A stretch of DNA of 64,000 nucleotides from Candidatus Nanoarchaeia archaeon (GTDB taxonomy: Archaea; Nanobdellota; Nanobdellia; SCGC-AAA011-G17; JAFCDX01), in assembly GCA_028716945.1 (NCBI GenBank), contig JAQUOT010000001.1:187927-251926 (forward strand). The letters are read 5' to 3'. Made by a program: the position numbers and the translations under genes. The first letter of the stretch is position 1; every line of letters begins with the position of its first letter. The notes below the pieces were generated by a model. The model was not told where the DNA came from, did no database searches, and was given only the letters and a program-made list of their open reading frames with translations. This document shows, in pieces, positions 35,956 to 45,627 of the stretch.

Positions 35956-37266
35956 TTATTTTTTATTCTTTTTAGAATCTTTTCTCATTCTTGATTTTCT
36001 TATAGCATAATTTACAGGATTTTTTATCATTTTACATAATCCATCAGGCACACAAATCGCCATGCTTTTATAATAAGCAGGATTATCACAATTAGCAGGT
36101 AAAATGATGTTAGATTGTTTTTTAGACCATTCTAACTGAGATTTAGCATAACCTTCTCTTAAAGGTTCATAATTTTTCTTATTCCACTCATTCAAAGTTT
36201 TCTCAATTTTATCCAAAGGCCAATTGCAATGCCTTAAAAAATTAATTAAAATGAAAACTGCTCTTTTTCTTCCATCTTCTTTTAATCCTTTTAATAATAA
36301 TTTAATACAGGGAGGAAAATCTTCTTCTAAAATCTCATCTGTAGAGTTTTCATAAGTTTTCTTTTCTAATATTTTAACATCGGCTTTTTGGTTTTTCATG
36401 TTCCAATCATAAGATTGTAATAATAAATTTCTTGCACTTTCTTTGGTAACATTTTCCATATCTAAAAATATTAATTTAACTTTTACATTTTCAATTTTTG
36501 CATCTTCTAGTTTGAAAGTTCTTAATGCTTCTTTAGTTGGATTTAAAGGAATACTAACTAAATTAGATTTTTCATTTATAGAATATGGAGCACGAAACAT
36601 ATGCCTTGAAGAAATTAAAACAGAATCTATATCTACAATAGAATAAGGATCAAATTTTCCCTCTTTAACTAAATCTTTCATATGTTTAGTAAATTTTAGA
36701 GAAAGTTTATCTAAAGAATAAATCTTTAAAATCCTTTCAGTTAAAAAAGGTTTTATCATTTCTTTCAGGTAATTTGCAACTATTCTAACTAATTCTGGAA
36801 ATAATAATCTTGTTTGTTTTCCATTTAATTGTTCAGGAAAAGATTCATAAGGTATTCCTATATGAAATCCATGATTACCTGAAAATTTCAAGGAGATATC
36901 TTTTACATCATGAAAGATTAATGCTTCTAATAATAATTCTGCAGTAATTCTTGATATTTCTACATCTTTACAATCTATATCTAATAATAAATCCCACCCA
37001 CTTCTATTTTCATCTAATTCTCTTTTATTCATTCCAGGTTTTAATTGTAAGGGATCATGCCACCTTTCTTCTGAAATATGAAAAGAAGTCATTCCTTTTT
37101 TAACTAAATCATCTATATCTCCAGGAAAATTGATTGTATCTGGTCTTTTACCTCTCACATCAGAAAACCAGGCTTGCACTTCCCTATTTTGTGCTATCTT
37201 TAATAATTCATCTTTTACATCTTTTCTAGAATAATATTCTCTTATTTTCTTATAATCCAATTGCAT
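35956..37266 (-). CDS. priS: DNA primase, fused PriS catalytic domain plus PriL-CTD-like Fe-S domain
   Basis: 436 aa. The AEP motifs are DLLLDIDC (DxD) and SGNHGFHI. The C-terminal part has FPPCIKLLLKGL...GRKRAVFILINFL plus CDN..C....C, like the PriL C-terminal domain. Confidence 0.7.
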   Translation of the reverse strand: MQLDYKKIREYYSRKDVKDELLKIAQNREVQAWFSDVRGKRPDTINFPGDIDDLVKKGMTSFHISEERWHDPLQLKPGMNKRELDENRSGWDLLLDIDCKDVEISRITAELLLEALIFHDVKDISLKFSGNHGFHIGIPYESFPEQLNGKQTRLLFPELVRIVANYLKEMIKPFLTERILKIYSLDKLSLKFTKHMKDLVKEGKFDPYSIVDIDSVLISSRHMFRAPYSINEKSNLVSIPLNPTKEALRTFKLEDAKIENVKVKLIFLDMENVTKESARNLLLQSYDWNMKNQKADVKILEKKTYENSTDEILEEDFPPCIKLLLKGLKEDGRKRAVFILINFLRHCNWPLDKIEKTLNEWNKKNYEPLREGYAKSQLEWSKKQSNIILPANCDNPAYYKSMAICVPDGLCKMIKNPVNYAIRKSRMRKDSKKNKK

Positions 37267-37309
37267 AGTTTTTATAGAAATTTTACGAGTTTAAATAGAT
37301 TATTATAAA

Positions 37310-37849
37310 CTAACTCTTCTTTATATTACTACAACAATTATAACAACTAGTATAACTACAACTATTACAAGTTTTAGTACAAGGAGTAGAACAACTAAAA
37401 ATAGCACAATTACTTGCTCCTCCGGAAGTAGGAGCACTTATTAATTTATTTACACAACTAAATGTAATGGTTTTACCAATCCCATCTAAATTTTTTTTAA
37501 CAGCAGGAGAACAAGTTTCAGTATATTTTGCTCCTTTTGCATTTATGTAAGTATAAGGTAAAACACTCCAAGTAATAGCTGCTCCTTTTCTTCCAGTAAC
37601 AGAAGTTAAACAACTAGTTTTACCAGTACAAGTTGCTAATTGTATATTTGAAGCATCAAGACCTTTACAAGTTTTAGAATTTAATGTATTTGAAAATTTA
37701 CAAGTTACTTTTTCACTAATAACATTTGTTGCTTCAAGCGTCCTTAAATTATCTTGAGAATTAAAACTAGATAATATATCAAATAAAAATAATCCTAATA
37801 CTGCAAAAAATAATACAACTAATAAAGTCTTTACCTCTTTTACCATCAA
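37310..37849 (-). CDS. Secreted cysteine-rich protein, hypothetical
   Basis: 179 aa. It has an N-terminal TM/signal segment and about 20 Cys, including the C-terminal CSTPCTKTCNSCSYTSCYNCC. Confidence 0.6.
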   Translation of the reverse strand: MMVKEVKTLLVVLFFAVLGLFLFDILSSFNSQDNLRTLEATNVISEKVTCKFSNTLNSKTCKGLDASNIQLATCTGKTSCLTSVTGRKGAAITWSVLPYTYINAKGAKYTETCSPAVKKNLDGIGKTITFSCVNKLISAPTSGGASNCAIFSCSTPCTKTCNSCSYTSCYNCCSNIKKS

Positions 37850-37885
37850 CTTATTAGAATATTTATATATTTAAATCTTTTTATA

Positions 37886-38332
37886 CTAATATTTATGCCC
37901 CTTTTTGTGGTCATGATGCATTTTGCAGTCTAATTGTATTATTTCTTCCTGTAATTCATGTGCTTTTAAGTCTGCAAATTTTAGATTATTATCAATATTC
38001 ATCAAAGCTTCTTGAAGTTCTTTAATTTGTTCTTGAATCAAAGATTTGGCTTCAGGTATTGTTTTTTTAACAGAAACATCAGCACCCACATTAATTAATA
38101 GTTCTTTTGTATTATTAATAGAACCTTCAACAAAAACTCCTGCACTCAAAGGAAAAAAAGCTTTGGAATTTTCTTTAACTTTTGTTAAATCATCTAAATC
38201 TATGTCTAATCTCATTAATTCTTCAACTTGTTGTTGTAAAATAGAATGTTGTTGTTGAACCTGTTTTATTTGTTGGTCAAGCATCTGTAATTCAATATAC
38301 TTTTGTTGTAGAATTTGTTCTTGGTCGCTCAT
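37886..38332 (-). CDS. pfdA: Prefoldin alpha subunit
   Basis: 148 aa. Coiled-coil ends flank FFPLSAGVFVEGSINNTKELLINVGADVSVKK (double beta-hairpin). The tail is His-rich. Confidence 0.7.
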   Translation of the reverse strand: MSDQEQILQQKYIELQMLDQQIKQVQQQHSILQQQVEELMRLDIDLDDLTKVKENSKAFFPLSAGVFVEGSINNTKELLINVGADVSVKKTIPEAKSLIQEQIKELQEALMNIDNNLKFADLKAHELQEEIIQLDCKMHHDHKKGHKY

Positions 38333-38706
38333 TTCTTCTTAGATTCTTTTTTAACTTTTTTATCAGTTTTTTTAGGAACTTCTTTTATAGGTTTATTTTT
38401 ATTTTTAATAACTTTTAATCTCTTTGGTCTTTCAGCTTTTTTCTTTTCTTTGCCTTTCTTAGCAATAACTTCAAGTTTTTCTTTTTTCATTGCTGCATGA
38501 ACATCTGAGCTAGAAGCACCTTTTTTTATTTTCAATATAATATCTAAAGGTTCTAAATGTTTTGTATTGCATAATTTTCTTTTTACGCTTCCATCAATTA
38601 AAACAAAATTCTTATTTTTTTTATCAAAATCTACTATTACTGCAATTTTTCCTGCTTCTCTTCCTGCAAGTTTTACACATGCTCTTCCAATATCAAATAA
38701 TACCAT
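38329..38706 (-). CDS. rpl14e: 50S ribosomal protein L14e with a Lys-rich tail
   Basis: 125 aa. IGRACVKLAGREAGKIAVIV (KOW) and VLIDG.VKRKLCNTKHLEP are present. Confidence 0.8.
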   Translation of the reverse strand: MVLFDIGRACVKLAGREAGKIAVIVDFDKKNKNFVLIDGSVKRKLCNTKHLEPLDIILKIKKGASSSDVHAAMKKEKLEVIAKKGKEKKKAERPKRLKVIKNKNKPIKEVPKKTDKKVKKESKKK

Positions 38707-38708
38707 TT

Positions 38709-38990
38709 TTATCTCCTAAATTTTGCTTTTATTAATTCTCTTGTACAATTTGAACATAAATATCCACCATAAGGCCTCGATGGTTTTTTATAAGTTTTAG
38801 GTAAATTTTTCATTACAGAAGGCAACTCACGTAAAGTTCCTTTCAAAGGTTTTTTGCAATTAGCACATTTTACATGAGAAGGTTTTCTTTTTCTATAATG
38901 TAAAGTTACTTTATTTCCAGGTAATTTTACATAAATCTTTCTTAATTTTCTTGATCTTGCTCTCTTCCTTGGTTGTTTAAAAGTTACCAT
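38709..38990 (-). CDS. rpl34e: 50S ribosomal protein L34e
   Basis: 93 aa. It has RKRARSRKLRKIYVKLPGNKV..HYRKRKPS..KCANCKKPL. Confidence 0.85.
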   Translation of the reverse strand: MVTFKQPRKRARSRKLRKIYVKLPGNKVTLHYRKRKPSHVKCANCKKPLKGTLRELPSVMKNLPKTYKKPSRPYGGYLCSNCTRELIKAKFRR

Positions 38991-39009
38991 TTTTTCTAAA
39001 TTTTTTGAT

Positions 39010-39783
39010 TTAATAAACCTTAAAAAGCTTTCTAAATATACTATTTAATATCACTGCCATAATAATATATACCCATAACCACCCCAATCCAAATATCTTT
39101 ATAGGGGCATTACTGACTGTAATTGTCTTAATATCTTGGTTTACAATTTCTATAGGGGTAAGATATTCTTTATTATTTGAAATTAGGATATCTTTACTAT
39201 AAGTTTTATTATTATAATCAAAAGTTAATGAATATTTCCCTTCTTGTTTGGCCTTTAATAAAAAACCTGCTTTTTTGTCTTCAACTTTTTTTGTATCTGA
39301 ATCTAAACTTTCTATATTTTCAGGAAGAATTATTTTTATATCTCCAAGATTTTCTTTGAAAGTTAAATTTACTGAAAATTCCTGGTCTGGAGTTATAGCA
39401 TTATAAGCTAAATGAGTTGAAAACCAACCAAATATTATCAAAATTGGAATCATAGTGATTAACATTGGTTTCATAGTTTGTTTCATTTGCACCATGCTTT
39501 TTTCCATAGAAATTTTTTGTAATTCCATTAATTTTTTAGAATCATTTTTAGATTCATCCATTTTTTTTCTGAGGTCTTTCATTTCATCTCTTATAGATTT
39601 TAATAATGCTTGATCTGTTAATTTTTTATAAGCAACTATAGAAATTAAAGTTACAATCAAAGTAATTATTAAAATAGCAAAGAAAGGATGTAATTTTAAT
39701 AAAGGTCCAAAAATTGGATTCAAAATTGGATTAAATATACTACCAAACCAATCAGTCATTGAAGAAGCCATTTTATTTTGCAA
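39010..39783 (-). CDS. DUF106/EMC3-TMCO1-like membrane protein (archaeal Oxa1-superfamily insertase candidate)
   Basis: 257 aa. The order is TM, a coiled basic loop (IRDEMKDLRKKMDESKN..KLMELQKISMEKSMVQMKQTMKPM), then TM. It sits directly downstream of secY, as in other archaea. It carries an extra C-terminal extracytoplasmic domain. Confidence 0.65.
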   Translation of the reverse strand: MQNKMASSMTDWFGSIFNPILNPIFGPLLKLHPFFAILIITLIVTLISIVAYKKLTDQALLKSIRDEMKDLRKKMDESKNDSKKLMELQKISMEKSMVQMKQTMKPMLITMIPILIIFGWFSTHLAYNAITPDQEFSVNLTFKENLGDIKIILPENIESLDSDTKKVEDKKAGFLLKAKQEGKYSLTFDYNNKTYSKDILISNNKEYLTPIEIVNQDIKTITVSNAPIKIFGLGWLWVYIIMAVILNSIFRKLFKVY

Positions 39784-41188
39784 TCATCTTCCTTAATGCA
39801 GGATACATATCCATCATATGTTGCTTTGCAATATCTTCGTACATTCTATAAACAATCATAACTGTTAATAATATTCCAGTACCTCTACCTAAAGCACCAG
39901 ATAAATCTGCAGCAGATGCAACAATACCTATTGTAACTGCTCCCATTATTGTTAAAGGTAGAATATATCTTTTTAATATTGATTCTAAAACTCTAGGATC
40001 TCTTCTAAACCCTGGAATTTGTAAACCAGACGCCATAATATTTTTTGCTTGTGATTCTGCATCCATTCCAGCAGTCTGCATCCAAAATAATGCAAAAATT
40101 ACTGATCCCACAACCATAAATATTAAATAAACAAAAGCATGGAATAAACTACTTGGAGTAAATGCGCCTGTCAAAATAGTTCTTAAAATATCTGGACTAT
40201 ATATCCAAGAGACTAAACCTGAAGCAGGAACGTTCCCTGAAAAAGTTCCTAGTATAGGGCGTCCCCAATTTTCAAAGAATCTTGCAATTAATTGAATATT
40301 TGCCATTAATGCCGCAGTTAAAATAACAGGAATATTGCTAGTATATAAGAAATTCAATGGCCACCTTATTCCATAACCTCTAACTCTTCCAAAACTTAAA
40401 GGAATTTCAATTTTAATTGCTTGAAAATATACCGACATAAAAAATACAGCTATTGTAGCAAGTATTGTTGATAATGCTAAAATTGCTCCAGTAGGATCTC
40501 CTCCAGATAGAGAAAGGAAGAAAACCCAAAGTGCTCCAACAGGAGATTGACCTGAACCAAATGCCCAAGTTCCAGTTGTTGTTAAAGGTGAGAAAGCTCT
40601 AATGAAAACTTCCATTGAAACATTAGCGGCTATGAATAATGAAATACCTGAACCAAATCCCCATTTCTGCATAATCTCATCCATATATAATACCATTAAT
40701 CCACCAAGAATTAATTGTCCAATCAAAACTAATTGCATTATGAAATAAGTTCCAGGAGCTAAACCATCTGCGGGAGCTAAACCTCCCATAAAAACATAAA
40801 TTGCTCCTTCAAAAATTATAAAAAAGATTGATAATAATTTTTGGAATCCTTGGAATTTTAGTCTTCCTTCTTTTGTATGAGTATCAAATTTCATTAATCC
40901 AGAACCATTCAATAATTGTAATACAATTGATGCAGTAACAATTGGCCCAATACCTAAAGACATTATAGAACCAAATTGTGCTCCTAAAATAATTGATAAT
41001 TGTTGAAATTGAGCTAATGAATTTTTACCAAGCCCAAATAAAGGAATAACTGATAAAACAAAGAATGAAATTAAAACTATTAAAGTCCATTTTAATTTTT
41101 CATTAAAACCTAATTTCTTTTCTAATGGACCTTTTACTTCAGGAAGATTCGCTAGAAACGTTTCTATTAGGGACAACCACTTCACCAC
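39773..41188 (-). CDS. secY: Preprotein translocase subunit SecY
   Basis: 471 aa. It has 10 hydrophobic segments, an N-terminal LANLPEVKGP...KLKWT motif, and the position after L15. Confidence 0.95.
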   Translation of the reverse strand: MVKWLSLIETFLANLPEVKGPLEKKLGFNEKLKWTLIVLISFFVLSVIPLFGLGKNSLAQFQQLSIILGAQFGSIMSLGIGPIVTASIVLQLLNGSGLMKFDTHTKEGRLKFQGFQKLLSIFFIIFEGAIYVFMGGLAPADGLAPGTYFIMQLVLIGQLILGGLMVLYMDEIMQKWGFGSGISLFIAANVSMEVFIRAFSPLTTTGTWAFGSGQSPVGALWVFFLSLSGGDPTGAILALSTILATIAVFFMSVYFQAIKIEIPLSFGRVRGYGIRWPLNFLYTSNIPVILTAALMANIQLIARFFENWGRPILGTFSGNVPASGLVSWIYSPDILRTILTGAFTPSSLFHAFVYLIFMVVGSVIFALFWMQTAGMDAESQAKNIMASGLQIPGFRRDPRVLESILKRYILPLTIMGAVTIGIVASAADLSGALGRGTGILLTVMIVYRMYEDIAKQHMMDMYPALRKMIAK

Positions 41189-41609
41189 CCATTGCTTCTA
41201 TTTTTTCTTTTGCTTTTTCTGAACAAGCATTACAGATAATTTTTAATTTATTTTTTACTTTTCCAGAACCAAGCAGTTTTTCATATCCAAATTCGTTTAA
41301 ATCAATAACATAAACAGAACCTTCTTTCTTTGCAAACTTTTCTAAGTTTTTTTCGAGATCTTCTATATTAATTGCTTCAAGTTTTGTTTGAGATCTTTTT
41401 ATTTTAATTGAATTAAAGCCGTGTTTACCATAATAATCTTTACCTTCATATTTTAAAATAGCAATTTTCTTATGAGCTGCTCTTTTTCCAGTTCCTGCCT
41501 TTCCAACTCCTCCACGGTTACCAGATCCTCTGTGTCTGTGCTTACCTCCCCATCCACAAGTTCTAGTTGCCCTAAATCTTGTATCTTTTCTTCTTTTTCT
41601 AACTACCAT
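41139..41609 (-). CDS. rpl15: 50S ribosomal protein L15 (uL15)
   Basis: 156 aa. RTCGWGGKHRHRGSGNRGGVGKAGTGKR is present, with operon position. Confidence 0.9.
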   Translation of the reverse strand: MVVRKRRKDTRFRATRTCGWGGKHRHRGSGNRGGVGKAGTGKRAAHKKIAILKYEGKDYYGKHGFNSIKIKRSQTKLEAINIEDLEKNLEKFAKKEGSVYVIDLNEFGYEKLLGSGKVKNKLKIICNACSEKAKEKIEAMGGEVVVPNRNVSSESS

Positions 41610-41610
41610 T

Positions 41611-42081
41611 TTATAACATCCTTTTTATTAAATCATTTATTTTATTTCCTCTATAACCTAAAGCACCACCCATACTAAAAGGAATTTTAATTCCGCCACG
41701 TTCAAAACCTTTTCTTGGAGGTGTTAATCTGAAATATTTTTTAAGACCAGGGATGTCTCTTAATTCTTTTTTTAATTTCATAAACTCTTCTGTAAATTCA
41801 TCAAAACTTAATTTTGCATTTTTTTTCAAATATTCTTCTGTTAATAATTGGTTTCCTGCAATTCTTCCTCTCTTTTTTAATAACTCTTTGAAAGTTTCTT
41901 TGTCTAATTCTCCCCAAGTAACAAAGTCCTTTACTAAAGTTAACATTCCAACACTTGAAGGATCTGCTCTTACAAGAACGCAAGAATTCTTTCTATGTAA
42001 ATTCAACATAGTTAAAGTATCCTTTACTGGTTTCTTTAGACCAATTATTCCTCTCACTTGAATTATTGCTATTCTTGACAT
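41611..42081 (-). CDS. rpl30: 50S ribosomal protein L30 (uL30)
   Basis: 156 aa. IAIIQVRGIIGLKKPVKDTLTMLNLHRKN is present, with operon position. Confidence 0.9.
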   Translation of the reverse strand: MSRIAIIQVRGIIGLKKPVKDTLTMLNLHRKNSCVLVRADPSSVGMLTLVKDFVTWGELDKETFKELLKKRGRIAGNQLLTEEYLKKNAKLSFDEFTEEFMKLKKELRDIPGLKKYFRLTPPRKGFERGGIKIPFSMGGALGYRGNKINDLIKRML

Positions 42082-42082
42082 T

Positions 42083-42910
42083 TTACTTCTGCACTTTCAT
42101 TTTATTTAATTGTTTTAAAGCTTCAAATCCAGCTTTTAATAAATTTAATTTGGTATTTGTTGTTCCAAAAGTTTTGGAATATACATCTTTTATTCCTGCC
42201 ATTTCTAATAAATTTCTTAATTCTTTTTCTACAATTAATCCTGTACCTTTTGGAGCAGGTTTAAATGTTACTCTTACTGAACCACATCCTCCAGAAACAG
42301 CGAATGGAATTGTATGATTTTCTCCACAACCACAAGCCCATGAACCACAACCAAATTTAATTTTAATTATATTTAATTTTGCATTTTTAATTGCTTTTTC
42401 TCTTGCTGGAACAGTTTCTTTTGCTTTTCCTAATCCAATTCCAACATAACCATTATGATTTCCAACAACTACGAGAGTTGAGAATTTAGGTTTGTTTCCT
42501 TCTTTAGTTTTTTTCTGGGTTTGTTTCCAAATACTTCTCTTTCCTCCACCGAATTTACCTTTAGATTGACCTATACAAATTAAAACGTGAGTTAAATTTG
42601 GAATTAATCTATCTGCTATTTCTGGTTCTAAGAAAGGTTTTGGATTATCTAGTATTTCATCAATATTAGTTATTTCTCCAGAAGCAACTTTTCTACCTAG
42701 CTCTGTTTTTGGTTTCCATTCTTTTTCAACAATTTTTATTCCACGTTCTTCTGCTGCTACATCGGTTACTTCTTTCAAAACTTCTATAATTGCCTTTTCT
42801 TCCAGAACTGCTTTTTCTTCTACAGCCAGTTCTTTCTGCATTCCATCTACCTTAGCAACATCTTCTCCGGGATGTTTTTCTCTTGGTGCTTTTCTTGTTA
42901 TTTTTTCCAT
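42083..42910 (-). CDS. rps5: 30S ribosomal protein S5 (uS5) with an acidic N-terminal extension
   Basis: 275 aa. GKRSIWKQTQKKTKEG, VVVGNHNGYVGIGLGKAKE and KPAPKGTGLI are present. Confidence 0.9.
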   Translation of the reverse strand: MEKITRKAPREKHPGEDVAKVDGMQKELAVEEKAVLEEKAIIEVLKEVTDVAAEERGIKIVEKEWKPKTELGRKVASGEITNIDEILDNPKPFLEPEIADRLIPNLTHVLICIGQSKGKFGGGKRSIWKQTQKKTKEGNKPKFSTLVVVGNHNGYVGIGLGKAKETVPAREKAIKNAKLNIIKIKFGCGSWACGCGENHTIPFAVSGGCGSVRVTFKPAPKGTGLIVEKELRNLLEMAGIKDVYSKTFGTTNTKLNLLKAGFEALKQLNKMKVQK

Positions 42911-42911
42911 T

Positions 42912-43454
42912 TTACATCTTCATTATTTTATTTTTTAAGTCTTCAAACTCCTCTTTTAATTTTTCTGGTTTGTTTTTTGAAAACTGTAATTTATTTTTTG
43001 TATTTTGAGAATAGTTTATTATATGTTTTCCTTGTATCCTATCTTCACTTGGGTAAATTTCATCTGTATGTGGAATTTCTATTTTTGAATCAACAACTCC
43101 TTTTAAAGCAGCATATATCCTTTCTCCAGCTCCGAATAAACCCATATCCAAAATTGCTTTTTTAATGTTTTTCTTTTTTGCTTCAGCTCCTGCTAATAGA
43201 CCTGTTAAATATGCTGCAGGAACATTACCTGTATTTGCCTTCCATCCTAATTTTTTTAATTCACAACTATTACAAGAAACTAAAACTTTGTCTCCTTTTG
43301 GAGAATAATCAACAAATTGAATAATTATATTATTAAGAGTTTTTCTTATGACTAATCTTGTCTTTCCAGAACTAAGTAATTTTAATCTAGTTCTATAATC
43401 CGTTCTTCTTTCAGATTTTCTCTTATATTCCTTAAATCTTTTCTGTTGTTTCAT
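42912..43454 (-). CDS. rpl18: 50S ribosomal protein L18 (uL18)
   Basis: 180 aa. RRTDYRTRLKLLSSGKTRLVIRKTLNNIIIQ is present, with operon position. Confidence 0.9.
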   Translation of the reverse strand: MKQQKRFKEYKRKSERRTDYRTRLKLLSSGKTRLVIRKTLNNIIIQFVDYSPKGDKVLVSCNSCELKKLGWKANTGNVPAAYLTGLLAGAEAKKKNIKKAILDMGLFGAGERIYAALKGVVDSKIEIPHTDEIYPSEDRIQGKHIINYSQNTKNKLQFSKNKPEKLKEEFEDLKNKIMKM

Positions 43455-43906
43455 TTTTTCTTATTTACCAAATTATATTCATTCATGAATAGTTTTATGT
43501 GTCTTACGCTTCTGAAAAATCCTCCCTTAGCCTTATTTCTTAAGATTCTATAATTATGTTTATTTACTATTTCTTTTTGTCTTAACTCTTTCAAGAATTT
43601 TCTTTGTGCTCTTATTCTTGAGATCCAATCGTGTTTTCTTGATAATCTTGCAGTTTTAAATCCTTGTCTTGAACCTTTTCCTTGACGTCTTCCTTTTCTT
43701 CTTTGAATAATAATTCTTCTTGCACCAGATCTTGAATGACCATCTTTTTGCTCTTTAATAATAACTCCTTGTTTAACCAAAGCATGAATATCTCTTCTTG
43801 TAATTGCTTCTTTTATTTCGGAGAGCTTTTCCTCATTAAATTTAACTCTCTTTCTGCCTACTCCAAGCAGTCTTATAGCTAATTTTTTCTTTGGTCCTAA
43901 TTTCAT
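43451..43906 (-). CDS. rpl19e: 50S ribosomal protein L19e
   Basis: 151 aa. KKLAIRLLGVGRKRVKF and GHSRSGARR are present. Confidence 0.9.
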   Translation of the reverse strand: MKLGPKKKLAIRLLGVGRKRVKFNEEKLSEIKEAITRRDIHALVKQGVIIKEQKDGHSRSGARRIIIQRRKGRRQGKGSRQGFKTARLSRKHDWISRIRAQRKFLKELRQKEIVNKHNYRILRNKAKGGFFRSVRHIKLFMNEYNLVNKKK

Positions 43907-43907
43907 T

Positions 43908-44435
43908 TTACATTCCCTTCTTTACCATATCTTTTAATTCTGATTCTTGTTCTTTTTTCTTGGTTTCTTCTTTTTCTTTTATTTCAGTTTCAGATTTTTC
44001 TTTAGCTTTCTTTTCAAGTTCTTCTTTTTTCTTTTGTTTTTTACTTAATTTTTCTTCCTTTATTTTTTTCTTAGCTTCAAATTCTTTTTTAACATCTTCA
44101 ATAAACTTATCAACGTTTTTTAAATTTAATATATTCAGTTTCTTTTCTTTTATTTTATGTAATAACTCTACTTTTTTCTTTAATCCTAAGTTTGAACTTA
44201 TAACAATGATATTTTCTTTTGTAACTTTTTCTAAATCTTTTATACTACTTACTAAAATCGGAGTTAAATTTTTAACTTTGAATTTTAATATATTTGAATT
44301 TCCGAAACCTATTGAAGGTATATTTGAGTGTCCTCTTCTGTGTCTTCTAATTTTATTATGCATTCCACGAGGCTTTCTCCAACTAGTAAAACCTTTCATA
44401 TTTTCATCTGTTCTTGTAAATTTTACTCTACTCAT
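43908..44435 (-). CDS. rpl32e: 50S ribosomal protein L32e with a Lys/Glu-rich C-terminal extension
   Basis: 175 aa. SWRKPRGMHNKIRRHRRGH..PSIGFG is present, followed by a KE-rich tail of about 65 aa. Confidence 0.85.
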   Translation of the reverse strand: MSRVKFTRTDENMKGFTSWRKPRGMHNKIRRHRRGHSNIPSIGFGNSNILKFKVKNLTPILVSSIKDLEKVTKENIIVISSNLGLKKKVELLHKIKEKKLNILNLKNVDKFIEDVKKEFEAKKKIKEEKLSKKQKKKEELEKKAKEKSETEIKEKEETKKKEQESELKDMVKKGM

Positions 44436-45001
44436 TGTTCACCTGGTTTCTTAATTATAAAACAACCATCTTGGAAACGTGTTTTATCTCTCTTACCAAC
44501 ATTAGTTAATTTTTCTAAGGTTGCTCCCATCAATCCTAATTTTTCTTTATTATTTCCAGTTAAAGTTATTATGTCTCCAGTTAATTTTGCATTAATATTA
44601 TCAAATAATTTCACTCTTCTTGGAACTTTTTCTCCTAAAAAGTTTTTAATTACAATATCTCTTCCTTCAATTATTGTAGTAATTGGGAAATGTCCTGAAC
44701 AAATTTTTACTTGACATTCATATCCTTCTTTAACGCCAAGTAACATATTTTTTATGTGAGCAGCAGTAGAATTAAGATGCATTTTATCTTTTTTATTTAC
44801 TTTTTTGCCTATAGGTTTAATTGAAATTTTATTTTCTTGTTTTTCCATTTTTAATCTAGGATTTATGAATTCTCTTTCTGAACTTCCTTTTGGACCATTC
44901 ACTTTTACTAAAAAGTTAGATATATCTACAGAAACTCCTTCAGGTATTACTATGTTTGGTAATTTTATCCTTACATGTTTCTTTTCTGTTTTTTGTTTCA
45001 T
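44432..45001 (-). CDS. rpl6: 50S ribosomal protein L6 (uL6)
   Basis: 189 aa. IPEGVSVDISNFLVKVNGPKGS is present, with operon position. Confidence 0.9.
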   Translation of the reverse strand: MKQKTEKKHVRIKLPNIVIPEGVSVDISNFLVKVNGPKGSSEREFINPRLKMEKQENKISIKPIGKKVNKKDKMHLNSTAAHIKNMLLGVKEGYECQVKICSGHFPITTIIEGRDIVIKNFLGEKVPRRVKLFDNINAKLTGDIITLTGNNKEKLGLMGATLEKLTNVGKRDKTRFQDGCFIIKKPGEQ

Positions 45002-45002
45002 T

Positions 45003-45395
45003 TTAGTAACAGTATGCGATTAATTTTCCTCCAATACCTTTCTCTTTAGCTTGTTTATTTGTCATCAAACCTTGTGAAGTTGACATAATTAAGATACCAA
45101 AATCTTTAGCAGGTAAAAATCTTTTTTCGAATTTTTCATATTCTGCTAGATTAACTGAAAATCTTGGTTTTATAACTTTACAATTATTAATGTGACCAAT
45201 CAAATTAATTTCTAATTCTCCGCCACGCGCTTCATTTACTACCTTAAATTCTCCGATATAATTATAATCTTTTAATATTTGTAAAACTAACTTCATTACT
45301 TTTGATACAGGTCTAGTTTTACATGTTGCTTTTCCACCTTTTTCACAATTCAACATATGTGAAAATACATTTGCTAAAGTATCGTTATTTGCCAT
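45003..45395 (-). CDS. rps8: 30S ribosomal protein S8 (uS8)
   Basis: 130 aa. DTLANVFSHMLNCEKGGK and GILIMSTSQGLMT are present. Confidence 0.9.
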   Translation of the reverse strand: MANNDTLANVFSHMLNCEKGGKATCKTRPVSKVMKLVLQILKDYNYIGEFKVVNEARGGELEINLIGHINNCKVIKPRFSVNLAEYEKFEKRFLPAKDFGILIMSTSQGLMTNKQAKEKGIGGKLIAYCY

Positions 45396-45396
45396 T

Positions 45397-45627
45397 TTAA
45401 CTATATTTTTTAAAGCCTATTGACGAAGCTACCTCCCTGAAACATTGTCTACAAAAATCTAAACCATATTTTTTATTATGTGCTCCAATTCTTCCGCATC
45501 TTTTACATTTTCTAACTGCTTTTCCATATTTTCTTGTTTTAGGAGCATTATGCTTAATGAACTTCTTATGTTTAGCCGGTTTTCCTACTAATTGTTTTAT
45601 TGCTTTATCATAGCTACTATAACTCAT
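45397..45627 (-). CDS. rps14: 30S ribosomal protein S14 (uS14, Zn-ribbon type)
   Basis: 76 aa. [25 protein letters not shown] is present. Confidence 0.9.
   Translation of the reverse strand: MSYSSYDKAIKQLVGKPAKHKKFIKHNAPKTRKYGKAVRKCKRCGRIGAHNKKYGLDFCRQCFREVASSIGFKKYS

Noticed and set aside
43891-44454. 187-aa plus-strand ORF rich in Phe/Ser/Leu, plus similar track ORFs such as 6918..7391, 26918..27247, 38315..38500, 41753..42061, 42872..43165, 47225..47479, 49718..50023 and 51535..52069.
   Set aside because: They lie antisense to well-supported genes (ribosomal proteins, LysRS, MBF1). Their low-complexity F/S/L composition is simply the reverse complement of Lys/Glu-rich coding sequence in an AT-rich genome. 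They have no independent motif support.
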